This document shows, piece after piece, positions 51,449 through 59,358 of a stretch of 64,000 nucleotides of DNA; the stretch's first letter is position 1; the number at the start of each line of letters is the position of its first letter. The notes beneath the pieces were generated by a model. It ran no database searches, was not told where the DNA came from, and worked only from the letters and a program-made list of their open reading frames with translations. The position numbers and the translations under genes are program-made. Source of the DNA: Terrimicrobiaceae bacterium (lineage in GTDB: Bacteria > Verrucomicrobiota > Verrucomicrobiia > Chthoniobacterales > Terrimicrobiaceae); the NCBI GenBank assembly GCA_041674265.1, contig JBAYWC010000002.1, forward strand, positions 8,380 through 72,379, in the 5' to 3' direction.

Positions 51449-52572
51449 CCGTTACCGTCAATTGCCGAAGGACGCGTGAGGCTCTCCCGGGCCATCTTCC
51501 TCCGGGTGGTCCAAAGCCTGATGGCCAGCCACACCGCCAGCACGAGGGTGACAAACAACCAGAAGAAAAATGCGCGGGGAACCGCGCGGGAGGTTTCGGC
51601 GGGAAGCTCCGAAATTGGGAGCAACGAAGCCGTCGCATAGAACGGCATACTCAACGGAGAAATCCCCACCAGCCAGGCGGCGGCGGGAATCATCCGGTTG
51701 CTGACCACGCCGAGCACGGCTCCCGCCATCACGGGTACGATCCCACCGAGGATGCCGGCAAGGAGGGCCACGCGGCCACCTTTGGCCTCAAGCAGCGTCT
51801 GATAACCGGCACCGCCTGCCAGCAGGACCGCAACAAAACAGACGAACAGTCCCGCGGGCGCATGGTGTCCGGGAAACCATCGGGATTCGACGAGAGCCTG
51901 TGTGAAAAGGAACCAGCCCGCCGCGCCCGCGAGAACCATTACGAGCAAAAACCAGAATCCCGTGGCCTCATCTCCCAGTGGCGGCAGCGAGGACCGGCCC
52001 TGCTTGCGGGCCCGACGCCATCCCTTGATCTGGTGATCGACGGAAGGCGTAATGAGGCTCGCCAGAACGATCATCAGCACAAATGTGACCAGCCCGTATG
52101 TTCCGGTCATGAAGACGGCTTCGACCGGTTGTGGTGTCCAGTTGGCGATCTGCTTCACCATGCCCGAAAATCCCTGCGACGGGAAAAGCCTGCCGGGTTC
52201 AATCAGGGGGAGCGCGTTGCCGAGGAGCAGAATCTGGATCCAAATGAAAAAGCCGGACGCCCAGGCTTTCAGGTCGCCCGGAACCGGTGCAAGATCGGGC
52301 ATGTATCCGAGGATCCGTCTCGCCCCCTCGTGATCATCGAGCACGTCCACACCCTCCAGAATCACCTCGCCGTACGTCGGCTCGATCAGAGTGGTCAGGA
52401 CCCGGAATGTGCTGGTTTTTCCCGCTCCGTTCGGTCCGACCAACCCGAAGATCTCCCCGGGAGGAACAGTGAGGGTGAGATCATCGACCGCAAGAAAATT
52501 TCCATAGTCCACACGGAGGCTGCGGATGTCGATTGCCGGCGCACCGGGGCTGATCGGGGATCCCGTTTCCAT
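51445..52572 (-). CDS. truncated ABC ATPase N-terminus fused in frame to a multi-pass permease domain (probable deletion fusion)
   Basis: Residues ~15-95 are an NBD opening (IDIRSLRVDYGNFLAV...GPNGAGKTSTFRVL...GYMPD). The sequence then runs directly into ~275 aa of TM helices. No Q-loop, LSGGQ signature, Walker B or H-loop is present. Confidence 0.6.
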   Translation of the reverse strand: METGSPISPGAPAIDIRSLRVDYGNFLAVDDLTLTVPPGEIFGLVGPNGAGKTSTFRVLTTLIEPTYGEVILEGVDVLDDHEGARRILGYMPDLAPVPGDLKAWASGFFIWIQILLLGNALPLIEPGRLFPSQGFSGMVKQIANWTPQPVEAVFMTGTYGLVTFVLMIVLASLITPSVDHQIKGWRRARKQGRSSLPPLGDEATGFWFLLVMVLAGAAGWFLFTQALVESRWFPGHHAPAGLFVCFVAVLLAGGAGYQTLLEAKGGRVALLAGILGGIVPVMAGAVLGVVSNRMIPAAAWLVGISPLSMPFYATASLLPISELPAETSRAVPRAFFFWLFVTLVLAVWLAIRLWTTRRKMARESLTRPSAIDGNG

Positions 52573-52576
52573 GCGG

Positions 52577-53545
52577 TCAGTGGAATGCGCCCTCGTCGAA
52601 GAATTCCCAACCCTCCGGGAGCGTCAGCCCCATGGTTTCGAGATCCTTCGCTGCCTCCGTGCGCCGGCGCTGTTGTTCGGCTTCAAATGCCCTGCGCTGG
52701 TCGGGCCGCAGGATCGTGAGGAGGTTGGCTCGGCGGTTGGCTGCCGGGGCCGCGGCAATTTCGCCGGTCACACCATGGATTTGCATGGAAGGGTCGTAAT
52801 CGCGCGAGCTGCGGGCGATAATGTCGAAGACTTGGTCCCGCTGTCTTTCATCGAGACCCACGATCGCGTCGAGTCGCTGAACCCGCTGGTCCGCCTCCTG
52901 CTGGACTGCCTGTGCGCGCTCGTCCATCCTTTCGGCCTGGAAGGCGGCCAGTTTTTCGCCGCGGAGCTGGCGGGCCATGAATTGGTCCAACCCGTCGTAA
53001 GGGCGGACGTCTCTCGCCGCCTGGACCAGATCCTCGAGGCGGGTGTTGTCGCTTGCGACCAGATCGTTCCAACGTTTGCCCTCCTCATTGCCTTTCGTTT
53101 CAAACCAAGATTTCAGCTCGTCCTGTTGGCGTGGCGTTAGGAGATACTTCCGGGCCAGTTCTCCGGTTTTTGATTCGATCATATCCTGTTGTTGCCTCAC
53201 GCGCATCCGGTCAAAAAGGGGAGCCAAGTCACGGAGCAGGGGCTGGCTTGCCCGGAAGATATCGTCGGGGCTCACAGGCCGGCCGGCGCGGATGTCCTCG
53301 CCGATGCGGCGAGCCCCATCGGCAAGAGTGCGCCGGGTTCTCTGGCGGCCATCGGGATTCTCCGCTTCCATCTTGGCTATCCGGTTTACGGCCTGCTTCA
53401 ACTCCACCTCGAGCTTCGTGGCTCGTTCTTCGGAAGATCCCTCGGGGCCAGGAAGGCTTTGAAGAAACATTGTTGCCCCGATCCCCCCGATGGCCAGTCC
53501 GGCCAGCAACGGAATCAGAAGGTTAAGGGACGGGGGCAGGGGCAT
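52577..53545 (-). CDS. hypothetical membrane-anchored coiled-coil protein
   Basis: N-terminal TM LNLLIPLLAGLAIGGIGATMFL, then a charged helical sequence. Ends 4 nt before the next gene. Confidence 0.6.
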   Translation of the reverse strand: MPLPPSLNLLIPLLAGLAIGGIGATMFLQSLPGPEGSSEERATKLEVELKQAVNRIAKMEAENPDGRQRTRRTLADGARRIGEDIRAGRPVSPDDIFRASQPLLRDLAPLFDRMRVRQQQDMIESKTGELARKYLLTPRQQDELKSWFETKGNEEGKRWNDLVASDNTRLEDLVQAARDVRPYDGLDQFMARQLRGEKLAAFQAERMDERAQAVQQEADQRVQRLDAIVGLDERQRDQVFDIIARSSRDYDPSMQIHGVTGEIAAAPAANRRANLLTILRPDQRRAFEAEQQRRRTEAAKDLETMGLTLPEGWEFFDEGAFH

Positions 53546-53626
53546 GCGACGGAGAATAGGGTGCGCCGGGCGGACGACAAAAGACTTTTGATCAGAAGAT
53601 CCGCAGGCCGCTTGGTCGGAGTCTCT

Positions 53627-54547
53627 TCAACGGACGTCCAGCGGGCGATAGACAACGATCCCGTAATGGCCGCCCGAGCGTTTGAGATACGACGAGATCC
53701 GCCCATCGAGTATCACCTTGCGTCCGGCGCTCCGGCGGGATGTCGCGTGCATGAAATGAACGCCATCCCCCTTGCGCACGGCAATCCCCACGTGGGAGGT
53801 GTATCCGCTCTTGTCGCGCGATGTGATCGCGACGATGTCCCCGGTCTGGATGAGTCGCTCCGCCGCAGCCACGCGGTCCCGGGGGATATGATAAACCGGC
53901 AGGGAGGAAACCTGACCCTGAATCCTGGCCATCGCCGGAAGCATCCCGGGGTTGTTGCGGAGATACCTGTAGCTTCTCCAGGCCGAGGTCATCTCGGTGA
54001 TATTCCGGCTCAGCCGGACCCCGCCCATCCGGCTGGTTGGATTGACCGAGATTCCCCGGGCGCCATTATTGGCAAAGACCTCCTCGAGAAAATGCATCCT
54101 GGAGAGGTAGCTGCCCGTGCAATGTCCGTCCCGGTATCGTTCCAACTCGATCAAACCAAGGAGATCCTCCGGACGGTAGTCCGATTCCTTGACTCTCAGC
54201 ATCCGGGCGAAAGCCAGCGAGATCTCGTAAAATGTCCAGCAATCCAGGCCGTTGAAGTTGACCGACGGAGATTCAATCCGGTCGTCGATCTCGAGCGTGT
54301 AGTTGACATAGGGAGTTCCCACCAATGCCGCGCCAACCCTCGCCGTCCGCTCGCCGATCGGCAGTGAGCGCCAGTTCTCCCGCACCGCCCGGGCAACGAG
54401 CCGGTCAAATTTGTCCTTTCCCTTGAAGACCGTCGCGAAGGGCAGCCGGGGTTGATATTCAGGAACCAACACGGCTGCAATGCCAGGAGCGGAAAAGGCA
54501 GCGAACAGGATACCGGCCATGACGGCGGCAAGCGATTTATTTGGCAT
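53627..54547 (-). CDS. DUF1460-like secreted protein (cell-wall amidase-like fold)
   Basis: Signal peptide MPNKSLAAVMAGILFAAFSAPGIAA. NFNGLDCWTFYEISLAFARML and GDIVAITSRDKSGYTSHVGIAV resemble the DUF1460 family as I recall it. Confidence 0.55.
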   Translation of the reverse strand: MPNKSLAAVMAGILFAAFSAPGIAAVLVPEYQPRLPFATVFKGKDKFDRLVARAVRENWRSLPIGERTARVGAALVGTPYVNYTLEIDDRIESPSVNFNGLDCWTFYEISLAFARMLRVKESDYRPEDLLGLIELERYRDGHCTGSYLSRMHFLEEVFANNGARGISVNPTSRMGGVRLSRNITEMTSAWRSYRYLRNNPGMLPAMARIQGQVSSLPVYHIPRDRVAAAERLIQTGDIVAITSRDKSGYTSHVGIAVRKGDGVHFMHATSRRSAGRKVILDGRISSYLKRSGGHYGIVVYRPLDVR

Positions 54548-54700
54548 GCCAGACACTCGGTGTCCGCCCGAATAAATCAAATCCCAAATGCGCTGAAGCT
54601 GGCGCAGCGTTCCTCCCTGTCAACCCTGTCTAAAAACCCGTTTTCAGGCTTAAGAATGCCCGCGCTCGTGTTTTTCGGCAAAGGGAACGGTTATTGGCGG

Positions 54701-56014
54701 CTACCAGCCCCGGTTTTCGATGGCATCGAGATGGAGGCTGAGCGGGTCTGTCCGCTTCGGGGCTTCAGGCGGGCTGGTGACTTCCAGAAAGTTTTCGCTC
54801 AGGGTGTCGAGCTGGGTGGCCTCGAACCAATTCAGATAGTCGTCCACCTGGCCTGTGCGCTGGAGGAGCAGGTCCAGGATTTTTCCGTTTTCCTCGATTT
54901 GCCTGTCCACATTTTTTTTGGGTTTGGAGGCGAGTTGGGTGGTGATCTTGCGGTATTCTTCGATCACGGGCCTGAGCAGGGGATGGGCGCGAAATTCCAG
55001 GGCCATGAATTCCGCGGATTTCTGCCGCATCAGATAAGGGCCTCCCTCGCTTTTGGCCAGTGGGGGAAAGGCCGCCGCCCCCGTCGCCTTTCCCAGTTCC
55101 GGCTTCTTCGGATCTTTCGGGCTGGAAACGTCCAGCAGTTCCTTCAAAGCGCGCATGGTCTCGCCGACCGAACAGGGATCCACGTTTTTTGAGGCCGAGT
55201 TGCGGGCGATGGAGAGAGTCCAGAGTTTTCCGAGGCGGGACGGGACGTTCTCCAAAGACGGATAGGCGGCCAGGAGGGTCTTGAGACTGGCGTCATTTTC
55301 GGCAAGCGAGTCGAGAAAAGTTCCCAGACCTTTCGGGCCCTCGGGGAGTTGCTGCAAGGTCTTGAGCAAAGCGAGGGCCTGCGTGCGGTAGAGCGTCAGG
55401 GAGGTCGCATCCATCAACCCGGGCTTGGCTTTGAGAAAGTCCTCGATCCTGGGAGGATGGTCGCTCTTGAGCAATGTGGCATAGATGCCTTCAGGGCTTC
55501 CGTTTGCCTTGATCCGCTTTTCCTCGACGAGACCTTCGAGCAGCCAGGGCGGCGGGGAGTGGAATGCCTTGCCTGCTTTTGGCGGGAGGTTCCTGTAAAT
55601 CCAATCGAGGCCAAGCGCGCGATAGATCTCCCTTTCCAATGTCTGGCCGCGAAGGACAGAAGCATCATAGATGTCTGTCTGGACCTTCATCGCTCCCCCG
55701 TCGCCTTCAAAAACGCCGGTGAGCACATTCGCGTTGCCCCGCGGTTTTTCGGTGCCAATCAGGTCCCGGATGATGATCGGGGGGGGCGCCCCCCCCTTGC
55801 CGCCGATTTTTTGCAGCCACTGGGTCCGGGCTTCATCGGCCCGTTGCGCGAGATTTGTGCGCCGCGCGGCGTCTTTCGAATAAATCACAAACTGGCCGGA
55901 GGCGCTGGTCGTCTTTCCGGGCAACGTGTTCTCACGGGCGTCCAGGGGAGCCGCGAATGCCGCCAGAAGGCAGAGGCCCGTCAGGGCTGTGTTGGTTTTC
56001 CAGTGCCCGGCCAT
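54701..56014 (-). CDS. hypothetical secreted protein (437 aa)
   Basis: Signal peptide ALTGLCLLAAFAAPLDA. No motif recognised. Confidence 0.6.
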   Translation of the reverse strand: MAGHWKTNTALTGLCLLAAFAAPLDARENTLPGKTTSASGQFVIYSKDAARRTNLAQRADEARTQWLQKIGGKGGAPPPIIIRDLIGTEKPRGNANVLTGVFEGDGGAMKVQTDIYDASVLRGQTLEREIYRALGLDWIYRNLPPKAGKAFHSPPPWLLEGLVEEKRIKANGSPEGIYATLLKSDHPPRIEDFLKAKPGLMDATSLTLYRTQALALLKTLQQLPEGPKGLGTFLDSLAENDASLKTLLAAYPSLENVPSRLGKLWTLSIARNSASKNVDPCSVGETMRALKELLDVSSPKDPKKPELGKATGAAAFPPLAKSEGGPYLMRQKSAEFMALEFRAHPLLRPVIEEYRKITTQLASKPKKNVDRQIEENGKILDLLLQRTGQVDDYLNWFEATQLDTLSENFLEVTSPPEAPKRTDPLSLHLDAIENRGW

Positions 56015-56802
56015 TGGAGAGTGGCGTCATTCGGAGTGATGGTCACTGATTTTGCCGTTTTGAGAAGTTCCAGGGGTTGGGCCAGACCGGTGATGGTCGG
56101 TCCGAACAGCCGGAGAAAAACCGGCGTCAGCGCCGGATGGATCGGCAGGCGCCCGATCGCTCCACCGGTCGGCGTGACCTCCAACCCGGATCCGGCGACC
56201 CCCGGCTCAAGCTCCAGGCCGAAGTAGAGGTGGGTGTCGAGAAACTTTTGATCGATATAGAGCGCAAAGCTTCCGCTGCGGAGCCTGACAAAAGCCCTTT
56301 GGAACCGGGCGCTTATTGCCGACAGGCCGGCATCGCCAGGTTTCATTTGGATGGTGGTCTCGAGAAACTGGTTGATCGCCTTGCCGTTGACTGTCCAACT
56401 GACGGGCTTGGTGGACCCCACCAAATCCCTCAGCGTCGTAAAAGTTTCTTGCGCGGCGGCCGTGTCGATCCCGACGACATCCGGGATGTCGTCCGGGGGC
56501 CGGACCATCTGAATCACACAAGCCAGCGTGGCCGAGACAACGGCCATCCAGAAAAGACTGGAAACCAGGAAACCGGTCGCTCCGCGCTCATGAGCCACAG
56601 CCGGTTTCTTTGGTTTTCTTGCCGGAATCCGGGGCAATGGGGGAGCGGCGATGCCGGTGGCCGGCAGGCTGGGAACAGATCCGGGTTGGACCGCGGGCCC
56701 GGTCGGATCCGACGGGCCCGGTTCGGGCAATCTGGTGCCGCAATTGCCGCAGAAAACGCGTGTGTCGTCGTTGTTTACCCCGCAATGTTGACAGGTGCGC
56801 AT
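55981..56802 (-). CDS. zinc-ribbon membrane protein
   Basis: N-terminal CQHCGVNNDDTRVFCGNCG, a Pro-rich linker, and one TM helix (LVSSLFWMAVVSATLACVIQMV). Overlaps the downstream gene by 34 nt. Confidence 0.6.
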   Translation of the reverse strand: MRTCQHCGVNNDDTRVFCGNCGTRLPEPGPSDPTGPAVQPGSVPSLPATGIAAPPLPRIPARKPKKPAVAHERGATGFLVSSLFWMAVVSATLACVIQMVRPPDDIPDVVGIDTAAAQETFTTLRDLVGSTKPVSWTVNGKAINQFLETTIQMKPGDAGLSAISARFQRAFVRLRSGSFALYIDQKFLDTHLYFGLELEPGVAGSGLEVTPTGGAIGRLPIHPALTPVFLRLFGPTITGLAQPLELLKTAKSVTITPNDATLQWPGTGKPTQP

Positions 56803-56805
56803 ACT

Positions 56806-57123
56806 TCAATCCTTGGAAGGTTTGGTTTCCTTTTTCGGCTTGGCCTCCGGTTTTGTCTCCGCCTTTTTCGTTTCGGATTTGGAAGGCTCGTCTTTCTTCG
56901 CGGCCTGCTTGTAGCCCTCGCTGCGGTAGTCGGTGATGTAAAAACCGCTGCCTTTGAAAATCAGTCCCGCACCGGTTCCCAAGAGCCGGCGGACCTTGCC
57001 TTTGCCCCACTTCTTCATTTGACACCTGGCTTGCGGGCAGGTTTTCAGGGCGTCATCTTTCATGGACTGAAACGTCTCAAACGTCTTCCGGCACTTTTCG
57101 CATTCGTATTCGTATGTAGGCAT
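56806..57123 (-). CDS. FmdB-family zinc-ribbon protein
   Basis: MPTYEYECEKCRKTFETFQSMKDDALKTCP... with a Lys/Glu-rich tail. Start set at ATG 57123. Confidence 0.8.
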   Translation of the reverse strand: MPTYEYECEKCRKTFETFQSMKDDALKTCPQARCQMKKWGKGKVRRLLGTGAGLIFKGSGFYITDYRSEGYKQAAKKDEPSKSETKKAETKPEAKPKKETKPSKD

Positions 57124-57252
57124 GCTGAGCCAGCAGGTTCTAGCAGTTCTCCAACAGGCCCGCAAGGATCAGGGTGAAAACGAAACGCGCGCGTTCGAAT
57201 TCACTGAAAAGTCTCGCGTCAAGCGCCCTCTTCGGGTAAATTACCCAATTCG

Positions 57253-57783
57253 GTGAAAACGATCCCCATTGCGTTCTTCTTGTCGGTTTCCCTTCCCGTG
57301 TCCGGGTTTTCCCAGACGCAGGAAGTCAAACTCGTCGACCGGATCATGCACCCGAACATGGAGCTTGGGAACCCGTTGCAAAGCAAATCCTTCTCGGGGA
57401 CAAGCTCGGTGCCGATCAAAAGCTCATCGAAGGCCGGCAAGGGATTTTATGGTCTCAAGGATGCCGAGACAAAAGCTTTTCCCTTCACGCGGTCCTTTTT
57501 GGGAGTGAAAAACCCATGGTTTGGCGGCAAGGTCTTTGCGACGAAGAAAACGGCCCCGTTGTCGAAATACGATGCGAAGAAAGCGGGAACCGACAAAACG
57601 ACAGACGTTGTCGCTTACTACGGGGCCACGAAAAGCGCCGATTATTTCGGCTCGCCGGTTGTGCCCCTGTCGACATTCGTCCCCCGACCCGCGGCCGGTG
57701 GGGCCGTGAGCCGGATTTCGGACAAGATCAACCAGAAGATGACGATTGACGAAGTGCGGGAGTTGCTGAACAAACCCCGTTGA
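57253..57783 (+). CDS. hypothetical secreted protein
   Basis: GTG start. Signal peptide MKTIPIAFFLSVSLPVSGFSQ. No motif recognised. Confidence 0.5.
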   Translation: MKTIPIAFFLSVSLPVSGFSQTQEVKLVDRIMHPNMELGNPLQSKSFSGTSSVPIKSSSKAGKGFYGLKDAETKAFPFTRSFLGVKNPWFGGKVFATKKTAPLSKYDAKKAGTDKTTDVVAYYGATKSADYFGSPVVPLSTFVPRPAAGGAVSRISDKINQKMTIDEVRELLNKPR

Positions 57784-57791
57784 GTTTTCCG

Positions 57792-58955
57792 ATGTCAACG
57801 CTTTCCGCTCTCATCAGGGGTTGTGCAAAAATCCACAGCGAAGCCGAGCTGGAAGCCAAACTCTCCCTCGGACGTCCGCTGAGAATCAAGCTCGGGGTGG
57901 ATCCGACCGCTCCCGATATCCACCTGGGGCACGGGGTCGTGCTCTCGAAACTCCGGGATTTTCAGGATGCGGGCCACGATGCGATTCTCATCATCGGCGA
58001 TTTCACCGCCATGATCGGAGATCCGAGCGGACGTTCGGCCACGCGACCGCAGCTCAGCCACGATCAGGTCCTCGCGAATGCGAAGAGCTATCAGGAACAG
58101 GCTTTCAAAATCCTGAACCGCGACCGCGCACGGATTGTTTTCAACGGCGAGTGGTTCGAGGCGATGAGCTTCGAGGAAGTGATCAAACTCAACAGCCGCG
58201 TGACCCTCCAGCAGATGCTGGTCCGGGAAGATTTCCGCGAGCGCCTCGACAAAGGCCAGCCGATCCGCGCCCACGAAATCCAATATCCGATCATGCAGGG
58301 ATGGGATTCCGTCATGGTCGGGGCGGATGTCGAGCTGGGCGGAACCGACCAGCTTTTCAATATCATGGTCGGCCGCGACCTCCAGCGCGAGGAAGGCCAA
58401 CCCCAGCAGGTCGCCATGACGATGCCGATCCTCGAGGGGCTCGACGGACGCCAGAAAATGAGCAAGAGCCTCGGAAATTACGTCGCCCTCAACGAGCAGC
58501 CGTCCGACATGTTCGGCAAACTCATGAGCATCAGCGACGATCTGATGGCGCGCTACTACGACATCCTCCTCCGGGAAACGATCCCGGCAGGCACGCATCC
58601 GATGGATGCCAAAAAGACCCTGGCCCACCGGATCACCGCCCGCTTCCATGACCAGGCCGCTGCGGCCCATGCCCTCGGGGAGTTCAACAAGCGGTTCAGC
58701 GCCCGCGACCTCGACTCCGCCGAGCTTCCGAGTTTTGTGCCGGGAGCCGCGCGCGACTTCGTGACCTTGGTCGTCGAAGCCTGCGCCCAATGCTTCCAGA
58801 TTTCCCGTTCAAGATCCGATGCGCGTCGCCTGATCGAGGGCGGAAGCGTCCAGTGGCGCGGCGAGAAAGTGACCGGCGCAAAGGCAACCCTCCCACCGGG
58901 AGAGGCCGGGGTCCTCAAGCTCGACAAGACCCGCGCTGTCAGAATCGGGGGCTGA
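57792..58955 (+). CDS. tyrS: tyrosine--tRNA ligase
   Basis: HIGH motif DIHLGHGV, KMSKS motif, and a C-terminal S4-like domain. Confidence 0.92.
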   Translation: MSTLSALIRGCAKIHSEAELEAKLSLGRPLRIKLGVDPTAPDIHLGHGVVLSKLRDFQDAGHDAILIIGDFTAMIGDPSGRSATRPQLSHDQVLANAKSYQEQAFKILNRDRARIVFNGEWFEAMSFEEVIKLNSRVTLQQMLVREDFRERLDKGQPIRAHEIQYPIMQGWDSVMVGADVELGGTDQLFNIMVGRDLQREEGQPQQVAMTMPILEGLDGRQKMSKSLGNYVALNEQPSDMFGKLMSISDDLMARYYDILLRETIPAGTHPMDAKKTLAHRITARFHDQAAAAHALGEFNKRFSARDLDSAELPSFVPGAARDFVTLVVEACAQCFQISRSRSDARRLIEGGSVQWRGEKVTGAKATLPPGEAGVLKLDKTRAVRIGG

Positions 58956-58966
58956 GTTTTCGTCAA

Positions 58967-59018
58967 CCCGAATTCAGCGATTCTCCGCGCGGAGAGCGCT
59001 GAAAAAGCGGTTTTCGGG
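58967..59018 (+). repeat. dispersed intergenic repeat, copy B (terminator-like)
   Basis: Same end blocks as 7687-7747. The interior TCAGCG-ATT-CTCC-GCGC-GGAG-AG-CGCTGA hairpin is followed by AAAAGCGGTTTTC. Confidence 0.6.
58974..59014 (+). terminator. candidate intrinsic terminator of tyrS
   Basis: ~12-bp interrupted GC-rich stem (58974-59002), then a T4 run at 59011-59014. Begins 19 nt after the tyrS stop. Confidence 0.4.
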
Positions 59019-59019
59019 A

Positions 59020-59280
59020 GTGCGCCGGGGAAGCCGGCAGCCACGTGGGAGGAAGTCCCACCGGTCGAATGAGACGGTTTACGACCGGAAGAGACCCAAG
59101 CGCAGCATGGGAACGCCTGCAGCGACGAACGGCTCCACGATCACTACGGCTTGGTCAACATCCCCATGCGCACCAAATGGCAAACCTCATGAAGCAAATC
59201 GAAGAACGGCACTCCGAGAGCCGGATGCGGGCAATCCGCACGTCCGGTTCGATGAGGGGGAGTTCCCCACGACGGTCATT
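59020..59280 (+). mobile_element. truncated, ORF-less group II intron remnant (5' GUGCGCC plus domains V and VI)
   Basis: GAGCCGGATGCGGGCAATCCGCACGTCCGGTTC (59218-59250) matches the domain V consensus GAGCCGUAU...GNRA...ACGUACGGUUC, including the AGC triad and the AC bulge. A DVI-like GGGG-AGTT-CCCC hairpin with an unpaired A follows. GTGCGCC at 59020 matches the intron 5' consensus. The ~260-nt total is far too short for a complete intron. Confidence 0.6.
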
Positions 59281-59358
59281 GGCCTCCGCGCCTCTCAACC
59301 CCGTCTGGGTCTCCCTACCCCGCTCAAGCGCTGAAATCGCCGATTGCAACTCTCGCAG

